Source: Candidatus Kuenenia stuttgartensis (GTDB lineage: Bacteria; Planctomycetota; Brocadiia; Brocadiales; Brocadiaceae). Taken from it: DNA of 32,000 bases. The notes below the pieces were generated by a model that saw nothing but the letters and a program-made list of their open reading frames with translations, was not told the DNA's origin and searched no databases. Shown in pieces: positions 18,228 through 27,323 of the stretch. Numbering within the stretch: the first letter of the stretch is position 1; every line of letters begins with the position of its first letter. Location of the stretch: the NCBI RefSeq assembly GCF_900232105.1, contig NZ_LT934425.1:2130001-2162000 (forward strand). The letters are read 5' to 3'. The position numbers were made by a program, and so were the translations under genes.

Positions 18228-19280
18228 ATGATGCTTCAGAAAATAAAAGTAAATTCATTCCAGAAAAGGTTCGATAGCCGGTGGAGAAACTTTATTTTTA
18301 ACTGGAATCAAGGGAATATTATAAAATATTACTTGAACAGATACCAGTGGAACATGTATCCAAAGATGGGCAAGGTATCAGCCTTTCCTCTCCATGTCGA
18401 CATTGAGACGACGGCCAAATGCAATTTGCGTTGCGGCATGTGCCCCAGCCGGGAGCTTTCGAAAGAAAAGTATGGTGAATACGGTAATATGAAGATGGAA
18501 CTTTTCAGGAAACTGGTCGATGAATGCACAGAGAATAAGGTTTTTTCCATCCGCCTAAGCTGGAGAGGAGAGGTTTTAATCAATCACGATCTTGTCAAAT
18601 TTGTTCACTATGCAAAGGTTGTCAAGAAGATTCCAAATGTTTCTTTTTTGACCAATGGCAGTCTTTTAAAGGGAGAACTTGCCGAGAAGTTAATAGATTA
18701 TGGTGTCGATTATATTTCGGTATCTATTGACGGTATGGATGGTATGTACGAGAAGATACGGTATCCGTTAAAGTTCCGATCAATTTGTGAAAACCTGAAA
18801 AATTTCAAGGAATTGAAGAGGAAAAAAGGGAAGAAGAAACCTGTTATCCGTGTAACAACCCTGTGGCCTGCTATTGCTCAAGATCCTGAAGCCTTCTATA
18901 CGCGAATGAGCTCTATATGTGACAAGATTGTTTATAACCCGCTGAAAGACTACAGCATCACTGAACCTCAGAAAAAGGATTTTATTTGCCAGTTTCCGTG
19001 GGAGAGGCTGTTTGTAGGTTTTGATGGAAAAGTACAGCCGTGTAGCATAACGACAGACAGTTTTGTCATTGGTGATACAAATAAAAACAGTTTGAAGGAT
19101 ATTTGGCAAAGTACCGAAATGAACGATTTAAGGAATGTCCATTCAAAAATTAAGCGTATGGATGTAATCCCCTGCAATAAATGTAGCTATGGCATTGATT
19201 ATTCTAAATTATGGGAAGGTAGGGACTGGACCAAATGGAATCCTGAAGAACTAAATCAATTGAGTAAGGGAAACCAATAG
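18228..19280 (+). CDS. Radical SAM/SPASM domain protein
   Basis: 'DIETTAKCNLRCGMCPSRELS' (CxxxCxxC) and C-terminal SPASM-like 'CQFPWERLFVGFDGKVQPCSITTDSFVIGDTNKNSLKDIWQS...CNKC'. Confidence 0.93.
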   Translation: MMLQKIKVNSFQKRFDSRWRNFIFNWNQGNIIKYYLNRYQWNMYPKMGKVSAFPLHVDIETTAKCNLRCGMCPSRELSKEKYGEYGNMKMELFRKLVDECTENKVFSIRLSWRGEVLINHDLVKFVHYAKVVKKIPNVSFLTNGSLLKGELAEKLIDYGVDYISVSIDGMDGMYEKIRYPLKFRSICENLKNFKELKRKKGKKKPVIRVTTLWPAIAQDPEAFYTRMSSICDKIVYNPLKDYSITEPQKKDFICQFPWERLFVGFDGKVQPCSITTDSFVIGDTNKNSLKDIWQSTEMNDLRNVHSKIKRMDVIPCNKCSYGIDYSKLWEGRDWTKWNPEELNQLSKGNQ

Positions 19281-19282
19281 CC

Positions 19283-20167
19283 ATGGATATTGAAAAAATG
19301 AAGGCTGAAGTCAAGGCTTCCAAAATAGAAATCAATGAACTTCCCAGATATTCGCCATGGCCATCAAGATTATTTGGTCTTTCTGATTGGGATATAAAAC
19401 ATCGAAACAATGTTATAGTTTCGCATGAATATGGTGAAAAATGGGGTCGCTTGTTGTCTAAATATCAAGAAAGAAAATTCACTAACATAAACGAAGTACT
19501 TCACTACCTCTTTGATACACACTTTTCTGACAATATACTGTTTCATATATATGAGAATATCTATTATTCTGCAAATACGCCAGTTTTTTGGGATTTTTTC
19601 TACAATCAGATTATTCAGGCTATTACAAGGTATTTAACACCAAACGATACATTAGTTGAAATGGGTTGTGGTTGGGGAAGAAACCTTTTTACCTTATATC
19701 AACGTAAATTATTTAAAAATGCCATTGGTGGAGAATTTACACAGGAGGGGATAACACTTGGAAATCTCATTGCTAAAGAATTTAATGTGCCATTAGAGTT
19801 CTTTCACTTTGATTACTATAACCCCAAACAGGAATTTATGGAGAAGATCAACGGTACAGTAGTTTTTTCCCACAATAGCATAGAACAGATTACTCAAATG
19901 CCACAAAAAACTATTTTATCATTGATTGAAAACAGACCTAAGATTGTCTTTCATTTTGAACCTATATACGAATATCGAAACAAGGATACCCTTCTTCATT
20001 ATATGTGGAAACGGTATACTCAAGTAAACGAATATAATATTAATCTTTTGACTTTATTAAAGGATTTTGAAAAGAAAGGCCAAATAAGGATTGATCTAGA
20101 AGTTCCTCATGTCCTGGGACTCAATGCCTTTAATCCTGGAAGTTTTATAGTGTGGCAGCCTATTTAA
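19283..20167 (+). CDS. Class I SAM-dependent methyltransferase-like protein
   Basis: 'YLTPNDTLVEMGCGWGRNLFTLYQRKLFKNAIGGEFTQEGITLG' glycine-rich SAM-binding motif. Confidence 0.75.
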   Translation: MDIEKMKAEVKASKIEINELPRYSPWPSRLFGLSDWDIKHRNNVIVSHEYGEKWGRLLSKYQERKFTNINEVLHYLFDTHFSDNILFHIYENIYYSANTPVFWDFFYNQIIQAITRYLTPNDTLVEMGCGWGRNLFTLYQRKLFKNAIGGEFTQEGITLGNLIAKEFNVPLEFFHFDYYNPKQEFMEKINGTVVFSHNSIEQITQMPQKTILSLIENRPKIVFHFEPIYEYRNKDTLLHYMWKRYTQVNEYNINLLTLLKDFEKKGQIRIDLEVPHVLGLNAFNPGSFIVWQPI

Positions 20168-20168
20168 T

Positions 20169-21227
20169 ATGAAAAATCTTTTTATTATAGGCATATTCAG
20201 ATCTGGAACATCTTTGCTCTCAACAGCATTGAATACGCACAAAAATATAATTGTCGGCTGGCAACCTTACATGTTGTTTTTTAAGGCTTGCCGAAACAAG
20301 TATTTTAAAGAGATGTTGAGGGTTCCCTTTGATGAAAAAAACCCTATGGGTATTAATTACTTTAAGACAGTAAAAGATAGAGAACTTTTTCGTGAAGTTT
20401 TTCATTTAATCAGGTTCAATGCTACGGAACTCAGCACTATATTGTCTGAAATTAGGGACTACCTCCTCAGCGATAATGAGAAGATGAATAAAGATATGAA
20501 GCCACATGATCTGGCAAAAAATCTTGACGGTATAGAACCGGGATTCGCCGGGTATATATTAATGCAGTTAATGGAAAGATTATATCTCTCACAAATAATT
20601 ACACGTAATTGGGATATTAAATTTATAGGAATCAAAGAGGTTTTTTGTGAAGAATTTATTGAACCATTATTTAATTATTGCAACTTGAATTCAAAAGTTG
20701 TTCACATAATAAGAGATCCCAGAGCAGTGGTTGCATCCAGAAATTTTGGGAAATATATGGAAGCAACAGGCGCAAAGTACCCCATCTTTTTCATCATCAG
20801 GAGTTGGAAAAGAACAGTGGCAAACTATCTACTAAATAAATGTAATAGCAACTATTTAATGATAAGGTATGAAGACTTAGTTAGAAAGCCTGAAACAACA
20901 ATGAAAAAAGTTTGCGAGCTACTGGAGGTTCAATATTCAAATGACCTATTAAATTTAAGCAACTTTAAGGACAATAAAGGAAGAAGATGGGAATCGAACA
21001 CTTCATTTGATGGTTCTAAAACCATAACCACTTCGTCTGTGAACAAATGGGAAGATATTTTATCTGCCGAAGAAATTGAAGTTGTTGAGTATTATTGTCA
21101 ATCTGAGTTAAATACTTTAGGATACGAAAGAACAACAAAAAGCTTTGATCAAAAAAAAATTTTAAATTTCCAAGAGGATACATCAAACATTTGTGAATGG
21201 TTAAGGGAATATGATTTTAGTTTTTGA
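20169..21227 (+). CDS. Sulfotransferase family protein
   Basis: 'NLFIIGIFRSGTSLLSTALNTHKNIIVGWQPYMLF' (5'-PSB-like loop), 'KVVHIIRDPRAVVASRNFGKYM' (3'-PB-like), 'YLMIRYEDLVRKPETTMKKVCELL'. Confidence 0.93.
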   Translation: MKNLFIIGIFRSGTSLLSTALNTHKNIIVGWQPYMLFFKACRNKYFKEMLRVPFDEKNPMGINYFKTVKDRELFREVFHLIRFNATELSTILSEIRDYLLSDNEKMNKDMKPHDLAKNLDGIEPGFAGYILMQLMERLYLSQIITRNWDIKFIGIKEVFCEEFIEPLFNYCNLNSKVVHIIRDPRAVVASRNFGKYMEATGAKYPIFFIIRSWKRTVANYLLNKCNSNYLMIRYEDLVRKPETTMKKVCELLEVQYSNDLLNLSNFKDNKGRRWESNTSFDGSKTITTSSVNKWEDILSAEEIEVVEYYCQSELNTLGYERTTKSFDQKKILNFQEDTSNICEWLREYDFSF

Positions 21228-21379
21228 AACATATCTTAACAAGTTATTGTAAAATTGGTGAAGTAATTGTTTTTATAAACTGCATGAAGGTGAATCCTGC
21301 TGGATTATTGGTAATAGTCCCTCTATAAATCAGACAAACCTTCTAATGTTAAAAGGTAGTGTTGCTTTTGCTGTTAACG
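21064..21379 (+). repeat. Direct repeat copy A (3' end of sulfotransferase plus truncated 5' end of the DUF115 gene)
   Basis: Aligned by eye to 22316..22663 at an offset of 1252 bp, becoming 1284 after a 32-bp deletion in copy A. Confidence 0.88.
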
Positions 21380-21767
21380 AGGGGAACAGGGTTACATCTG
21401 GACATTTGATTTTGAGGAAAAACTTGCTTTCATAAGTTGCATTCAACTTTCAAAAGAAGTTTCAACAGAGTATTGGACAGCACTCAAAGAAATTTTCAAA
21501 AAATCAAAAAACGAAAGTTTTATACTTGCATTAGACAAAGTGACTAAAGAAATATGAAACGAAATACTTTGGAACATAAAAGAAGCCCAGCAGATAACAG
21601 CACCTACCCCAAAATGGCTGTTCAGTGGTTAATTAAAGCTTTGTACATCTATCAAAGTTCTGTGCAGTTTGATAGTTTAGTGCTTCGAAATCGCCACCTT
21701 CGGGTAGCTGTAAACTGTTACCTGCCATTTTAGAGAGACAACAAAACAACTAAGAGAGAATTAAAAA

Positions 21768-22274
21768 ATGATATCAATGCAATATCCTGAACGACATAGC
21801 AATCATACTTTAGAGCAGAAATCGGAGACCTTTTTTATGCAACATTTACCGCAGGATTGGATTGCAACGACACCCAAAAAGGACTACGGACAAGATTTGA
21901 ATTTGGAAATATGTGAAGAAGGACAATATCGTAGCTTGGATTTGATAGTTCAATTAAAATCATCTGCGACAAGCAATATTCTAAATAATAGAGAAAGACA
22001 TCAACTAAAGGTTTCAACTTACAATTATTTATGGGACAATCTTAGGGTTGTTCTCATTGTAAAATATATTGAAGATGAAAATGAAGCATATTGGACACTT
22101 TTAAAAGATGTTGAACCGCCAGCAAATCCTGAACAAGAAAATTTCATGATTTATTTCCCACGGCAAAATAAACTCTCTGAAATTAACTGGAGCGACATAA
22201 TTAACTATGTAAGACAAGTTACAGACAAAAAATTAGCATCAACGAGAGCAAAGAATAAACAAAATCACAGCTAA
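21768..22274 (+). CDS. DUF4365-domain protein
   Basis: 'RHSNHTLEQKSETFFMQHLPQDWIATTPKKDYGQDLNLEICEEGQYRSLDLIVQLKSS' matches DUF4365 style (xDYGxDxxxEI...VQLKSS). Confidence 0.8.
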   Translation: MISMQYPERHSNHTLEQKSETFFMQHLPQDWIATTPKKDYGQDLNLEICEEGQYRSLDLIVQLKSSATSNILNNRERHQLKVSTYNYLWDNLRVVLIVKYIEDENEAYWTLLKDVEPPANPEQENFMIYFPRQNKLSEINWSDIINYVRQVTDKKLASTRAKNKQNHS

Positions 22275-22315
22275 ACATTGAGGTAATGAGACTAGCAAAC
22301 AAAATACTTGCTTAG

Positions 22316-22663
22316 CTGCCGAAGAAATTGAAGTTGTTGAGTATTATTGTCAATCTGAGCTAAATACTTTAGGATACGAAAGGACAACAAAAAGCTTTGA
22401 TCAAAAAACAATTTCAAATTTCCAGGAGGATAAATCAAAAATTTCTGAATGGTTAAGGAAATATGATTTTGGTTTTTGAACCATATCTTAACGAGTTATT
22501 GTAAAATTGGTGAATTAATTGCTGAATAAAAAAGAAATAGAAAGATTAAGAGATTTTTATAAACTGCATGAAGGTGAATCTTGCTGGATTATTGGTAACG
22601 GTCCTTCCATCAATCAGACAAACCTTTTAACGTTAAAAGGTAGCGTTACTTTTGCGGTTAATG
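22316..22663 (+). repeat. Direct repeat copy B (sulfotransferase 3' tail relic plus intact 5' end of the DUF115 gene)
   Basis: Starts 'ctgccgaagaaattgaagttgttgagtattattgtcaatctgag', as in copy A at 21064. Confidence 0.88.
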
Positions 22664-24384
22664 CTTTTATTACCCATAAAAACTTTGAGAGGCTTCTACC
22701 AACCTATTATGTAGCTACTAATCCACGATTGATGCGGTCTGATTTCCTCAAAGATGACCTAATTCCCAGGTTGCAGAAAAATGATATTACTTGTTTTTTA
22801 AACTGTGAAGCAAAACCAATAATCGGCCATCCTTATGAGAGTCTATACTATATTGAAACTACTGAGTCGCCGTTAATTGTTGATGCTGGCTATAATCTGG
22901 ATATTACAAAACGTTTACATGGAACTCGGGTATCTGTTGTTATTCAGGCTGTGATTCCAATAGCCGTTTATATGGGATTTAAGCAAATTTTTTTAGTGGG
23001 TTGCGACAATGACTATAAAGATTTGAGTATGGAAAAAGCACATTTTTACGGAACTGCTGAACACTGCCCCAACCTTTTGAAATTAAACAACACAGCCAGA
23101 GAGTTATATCCAAGTTATTTTATAAAAAAGGAAACTACGGCCATACAGAATTCGCTCGATGGTAACGAAGAATTTTCCATTGTATATCGTGAAGTAAAAA
23201 AATTAGGCGTAAAAATATATAACTGTACAAAAGGTGGAAAACTTGAGGTATTTCCCAGACTCCGGTTTGAGGACGTCGTCAAAAAAACCACATTAAATCG
23301 CATAATTCTGCACTCATCCCCTCTGCGCAAGATTGATAAATGTTGTGCGGAACAACTGCTGCCGGCATACCATTCTATTGTAATATCAAATATTGACAAA
23401 AACTTCGATTACGGTGAAATGCCTGTGTATGAGCAGGAAATACTGTGCAAGTTAATAAAAAATCAAAATCCAAAAACAATTTTTGAAATCGGCACCTTTC
23501 AGGGAGCAACCACAACCCACCTTGCAGCAAATAGCGATGCAATTGTATATACGCTCGACCTGCCACCAAAGGGCCACATAGATTATCACCCTCCAGATAT
23601 GAATGATCCTGAACTGGACGTTTATCCTGATCAACCAGGCATTAAACATTTCTCAAGCGCGTATGCAGACAGAATCACACAACTATATGGAGATACCCGC
23701 AGTTTCGATTATTCATCATATTACGGGCAGATGGATATTGTATTTGTTGATGGCTGTCATCATTACGACTTCGTACTAAGAGACAGTCTGAATGCTTTCA
23801 AAATGATTAAACCTGATGGGATGATTATCTGGCACGATTATGCTGATTACGCACCGGGTGTAATGAAGGCACTGAACGTTATCAGCGAGAGATACTCACT
23901 AACGCATATTGAAGGAACCAGTTTGGTTGTATATTCCGGAAAATGGGGAGAAATAGACAACAAATCTGAAATAAATACCTCAATATCAGCATACAGTGAA
24001 ACAGAATTATTCAATATGGTTCAAAAAATGATCGATGAAAAAAACTTTGCGTTGGCTAGAACAACTGTCTCAAAGTCGCTTGAAATGTTTCCTGCTTCAG
24101 TTAACCTGCTTTATGCAAAAGCCAAAATAAACATTGAAACAGGCCACATTGATGAGGCGCAGATAACTCTATTAAAAATAATAGAAATTTCACCAGAAAA
24201 TCTTAATGCCTTAAACGGTTTGGCTTCTATAGAAATAAACAAAGGAAATATAGAAGCTGCAATAGAATTCTTAAGAGACATATTGATTCTTGAACCGAAT
24301 AATCAAGCAGCACTGGCGCTTATTTCCGATATTAAAACGAAGTTACTTAGTCTTTCACATGCTAAGAAGGAGAATTTATATTGA
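22519..24384 (+). CDS. DUF115 (Maf-like) + class I methyltransferase + TPR multidomain protein, 621 aa
   Basis: DUF115-like 'CWIIGNGPSINQTNLLTLKGSVTFAVNAFI...IPIAVYMGFKQIFLVGCDNDY'. Methyltransferase-like 'KTIFEIGTFQGATTTHLAAN...DIVFVDGCHHYDFVLRDSLNAFKMIKPDGMIIWHDY'. The C-terminus has TPR-like repeats. TTG start. Confidence 0.87.
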   Translation: MLNKKEIERLRDFYKLHEGESCWIIGNGPSINQTNLLTLKGSVTFAVNAFITHKNFERLLPTYYVATNPRLMRSDFLKDDLIPRLQKNDITCFLNCEAKPIIGHPYESLYYIETTESPLIVDAGYNLDITKRLHGTRVSVVIQAVIPIAVYMGFKQIFLVGCDNDYKDLSMEKAHFYGTAEHCPNLLKLNNTARELYPSYFIKKETTAIQNSLDGNEEFSIVYREVKKLGVKIYNCTKGGKLEVFPRLRFEDVVKKTTLNRIILHSSPLRKIDKCCAEQLLPAYHSIVISNIDKNFDYGEMPVYEQEILCKLIKNQNPKTIFEIGTFQGATTTHLAANSDAIVYTLDLPPKGHIDYHPPDMNDPELDVYPDQPGIKHFSSAYADRITQLYGDTRSFDYSSYYGQMDIVFVDGCHHYDFVLRDSLNAFKMIKPDGMIIWHDYADYAPGVMKALNVISERYSLTHIEGTSLVVYSGKWGEIDNKSEINTSISAYSETELFNMVQKMIDEKNFALARTTVSKSLEMFPASVNLLYAKAKINIETGHIDEAQITLLKIIEISPENLNALNGLASIEINKGNIEAAIEFLRDILILEPNNQAALALISDIKTKLLSLSHAKKENLY

Positions 24385-24722
24385 CAAGACTTGAAGCCTG
24401 GTTTCATACAGTTAATGCCTATAAAGTCCGATATGAAGAACTCTATTCTAATCCTGTGGAAACTCTCAAAGGTATTGAAGAAGATAGAATTTCAGAAATT
24501 GTGGCAAAAAATTCTTTTAGCAAGAAAGCAGGCCAAATACCTGGAGAGGAAGCAAAAGATTCCCCTGCGAGAAAAGGAATTGTTGGAGATTGGAAAAACT
24601 ATTTTGATGCTGAGTGTGTTTCTACCTTTAAAGCGGCATATAATGGGCGTTGGAATAAATTGCTTATAGAACTTGGATATGAGAATTCTAAAAACTTGCA
24701 AAATAATAAAATTACAGAATAG
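24381..24722 (+). pseudogene. Sulfotransferase C-terminal fragment
   Basis: 'YKVRYEELYSNPVETLKGI...FSKKAGQIPGEEAKDSPARKGIVGDWKNYFDAECVSTFKAAYNGRWNKLLIELGYE' is the C-terminal third of a sulfotransferase. The PAPS-binding N-terminus is absent. Confidence 0.8.
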
Positions 24723-24755
24723 AGATAAAGGTTTTTTAAAAAGACAAAGATGATG

Positions 24756-25395
24756 CTTAATGTTTCCATAATAATCCCAACACGGAATCGGGCAAAAGAC
24801 CTCAAAGTTGCTTTACCCCCGCTTCTCAATCAGGATTACCCCATATTAGAATACGAAATCATTGTAGTGGATGACGGCTCAACGGGCAACACAAGAGAGA
24901 TAACAGAACGGGCTGCATTATTAAATAAAAATAATATCAGATATATAGTCAAACAAATAAGGTTTTCGAAAAATTTACACCTCCCGTCCCTTCTATAAAG
25001 AGGGAATTAAGGGGCGTGCTTGTATAGTATGCTTAGTCAAATAAATCTGTTTTTTAGAAAGCCATTTTATTGCCAAATTCCTAAAATCATATTTGTTTGG
25101 CTATATATATTAGCCAGAACCCGGGCTCCTATCCGGCAGACATTGAGGGGCATCGGAAGCAAAGGGAGAAATTCTTGTCTTTGTCGATGATGGTATTGAG
25201 GCGGTCAACGGGTGGTTATCGTCAATAATGGCGGAATTCGAAAATGAGCCAGTTCACATGTGGTTGGAGGTACCAGTCTTCCCAGGTATGAAGTTGACCC
25301 TCCCAAATGGATCGATAAATATTGTTCCTGGAAAGATGATCAATTAACATGCGGCTCACTGAGTCTCCTAAATAAGGGAAAAGAAAGGAAAAGGA
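24756..25395 (+). pseudogene. Decayed family 2 glycosyltransferase, paralog of 28366..29760
   Basis: 'NVSIIIPTRNRAKDLKVALPPLLNQDYPILEYEIIVVDDGSTGNTREITERAALLNKNNIRY' followed by frameshifted homology through 'KWIDKYCSWKDDQLTCGSLSLLNKGKER'. It stops there and is interrupted at about 24942..25107. Confidence 0.87.
24942..25107. mobile_element. MITE-like 166-bp insertion
   Basis: Terminal inverted repeats TATATAGTCAAACAAATA and TATTTGTTTGGCTATATA (17/18). It interrupts GT2 homology when compared with 28366..29760. Confidence 0.72.
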
Positions 25396-25403
25396 AATAT
25401 ACA

Positions 25404-25637
25404 ATGACTACTAAAAAGGAATCACTTACTTATAATGACTATGTAAGGGGAATTCAAGATCTAAGACCAGAGGATCAATTAAGTTTAGTTGAAATCATCT
25501 CTGCCGGGCTGAAAAAAACTCTTATGAAAAAAAGGGCTAAACATAGAATTACTGAAATTGAAGGATTGGGGGCAGACATTTGGAAAGGCATCGATGCGCA
25601 GGAATATGTTCGTAAGGAGAGAGAATCTTGGGATTAA
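25404..25637 (+). CDS. Antitoxin-like small protein (77 aa)
   Basis: 'MTTKKESLTYNDYVRGIQDLRPEDQLSLVEIISAGLKKTLMKKRAKHRITEIEGLGADIWKGIDAQEYVRKERESWD' has the general look of a type II antitoxin or addiction-module component. Confidence 0.5.
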   Translation: MTTKKESLTYNDYVRGIQDLRPEDQLSLVEIISAGLKKTLMKKRAKHRITEIEGLGADIWKGIDAQEYVRKERESWD

Positions 25638-25843
25638 TTGATGAACGAAACATTTGCCGGTTTGAGGAATATCCCGCCAGCATCCTTGCCGGCGGGAGGT
25701 CAGGCGCAGGGATGCTCCTGATACTATGCACACAACTATGCCGTGTTATGGCAATGTTTTGCCCCTTACATTAATGCGGCATATCGTTATTGTCGGAATT
25801 TTTCAAAAAGTTAAAGTGTTGCAATATTACAGAAAGATCATCA

Positions 25844-26872
25844 ATGGAAATAATCAATCCACACGACAAATTCTTCAAAGAGACATTTTCCATCCGGGAA
25901 AATGTAATCGATTTCCTTAGTGGTACATTTCCCTCAAAAATCCTGAAAAAACTGGATTTGTCCACTTTAACACAGGATAATAACTCATATATCGACGAAG
26001 AACACAAAGAACATTTCTCAGACATTGTATACACCTGTTTCTGTAAAGACAAAGAACTCCGGATAACCCTTTTATTCGAGCACAAGAGTTATGCCGTAGC
26101 ATGTCCGTATCTGCAGTTGATGAAATACCTTTTAAAGATATGGGAATCAAACAACAAGCAGGCGCAAAGACTCATGCCGGTAATTCCGGTGATATTATAT
26201 CACGGCAAAGATACGTGGAAAGCAAGAAGGTTCAGAGACTATTTTGAAGGGATAGACGAGGAATTTTTAAGATTTATACCGGAATTTGAATATCTGCTGA
26301 CAGACCTGAGTAGTTACAGCAATGAGGAAATAAAGGACAGGGTATTTAGAAGGGCATCCCTCCAAATAACCATGTTATTGATGAGGAACATATATAATGA
26401 CAAAATTCTGGGAGACAAGCTAAAGGTATTCTTTGAAATAGGGAGGCAGTATTTTGAAGAGGAAGGAGGGGTAAAATTTCTGGAAAGTGTAATCAGGTAT
26501 TTGTACTATGCATCGGATATAGAGGAAGAACGGGTAATAGACACCTTAAAAGAGATATCAGAGGAAGGAGGTAAATTAAGTATGACAATAGCGGCGAGAT
26601 TAATAGAAAAGGGTAAAATAACCGGTAGGATGGAAGGTCGGATGGAAGGCAGGGAGGAAGGCAGAGCGGAAGGTGCGATAGAGGGCGAGAGGAAGGGAAG
26701 GATAGAGGGTCTAATAGAGGCGATAGAGATAGGTTTGGAGCTAAAGTATGGAGTTAACGGTTTAAGGCTTCTGGAGCGTATCAGGAAAATAGCCGTGATA
26801 GAGAAGCTGGAGTCAATAAAAGAGGCGGTAAAGATATCAAAGAATATGGAGGAAATTGAAAAATTGCTCTAA
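25844..26872 (+). CDS. Rpn family recombination-promoting nuclease/putative transposase, intact paralog
   Basis: 'NPHDKFFKETFSIRENVIDFLSGTFP...YIDEEHKEHFSDIVYTC..KDKELRITLLFEHKS' is characteristic of the family. The C-terminal region has the G-R/K-EG-type repeats 'GRMEGRMEGREEGRAEGAIEGERKGRIEG'. Confidence 0.93.
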   Translation: MEIINPHDKFFKETFSIRENVIDFLSGTFPSKILKKLDLSTLTQDNNSYIDEEHKEHFSDIVYTCFCKDKELRITLLFEHKSYAVACPYLQLMKYLLKIWESNNKQAQRLMPVIPVILYHGKDTWKARRFRDYFEGIDEEFLRFIPEFEYLLTDLSSYSNEEIKDRVFRRASLQITMLLMRNIYNDKILGDKLKVFFEIGRQYFEEEGGVKFLESVIRYLYYASDIEEERVIDTLKEISEEGGKLSMTIAARLIEKGKITGRMEGRMEGREEGRAEGAIEGERKGRIEGLIEAIEIGLELKYGVNGLRLLERIRKIAVIEKLESIKEAVKISKNMEEIEKLL

Positions 26873-26954
26873 ATTTTTGAGAGACCATATTTGTAACTAT
26901 TCAGCGTAAACGATACGCGGCTCGTTCCCAAACCTTGTACTGAACATAGTGAAG

Positions 26955-27057
26955 TATCTGGCTCGAAAATAAGACTACAAAAAATAGCTCAAGTACAGGT
27001 ACCGCAATATGATATGGCTATAAAACCATTTTCATCGTTTCTGGGTGTTGCAAATGC
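26955..27057. repeat. About 103-bp repeat, copy 2 (inverted relative to 8..110)
   Basis: 'atctggctcgaaaataagactacaaaaaatagctcaagtacaggtaccgcaatatgatatggctataaaaccattttcatcgtttctgggtgttgcaaatg'. Confidence 0.88.
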
Positions 27058-27087
27058 AACAGGATGACTGTTTGGGAATGAAATTGC

Positions 27088-27111
27088 ACTGGAAAACTCT
27101 GTTTCCAGTGA
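27088..27111. repeat. Hairpin CACTGGAAA-ACTCTG-TTTCCAGTG
   Basis: 9-bp perfect stem. Confidence 0.75.
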
Positions 27112-27289
27112 GGGTTTGACTTGACAAATTATAAACTGTCTGAATCATGTGATTTTATTCCCTATCTATCAACAGACAGGCGAGAAACCGGAGTTTGGGA
27201 ACGAGTTGCGCTTTGCACTCCGGTAGTTTGTAACAGTTCACTCTTTCCGGATTGTCTTGGTATTTGAAAAGTACCCACCCCTAGCCCCT

Positions 27290-27323
27290 CCCAAGAGGGG
27301 AATACAAAAAGTCCCCTCTTGGG
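27290..27323. repeat. Inverted repeat CCCAAGAGGGGA ... TCCCCTCTTGGG
   Basis: 12-bp perfect arms with a 10-nt loop, plus imperfect outer extension (acccctagcccc / ggatttaggagtgggt). Confidence 0.85.

Noticed and set aside
21580-22315. Possible integron attC-like sites flanking the DUF4365 gene (GCTAAAC and small hairpins)
   Set aside because: The core sites do not fit the RYYYAAC/GTTRRRY pairing and no integrase is visible. The flanking duplicated gene ends explain the boundaries better.
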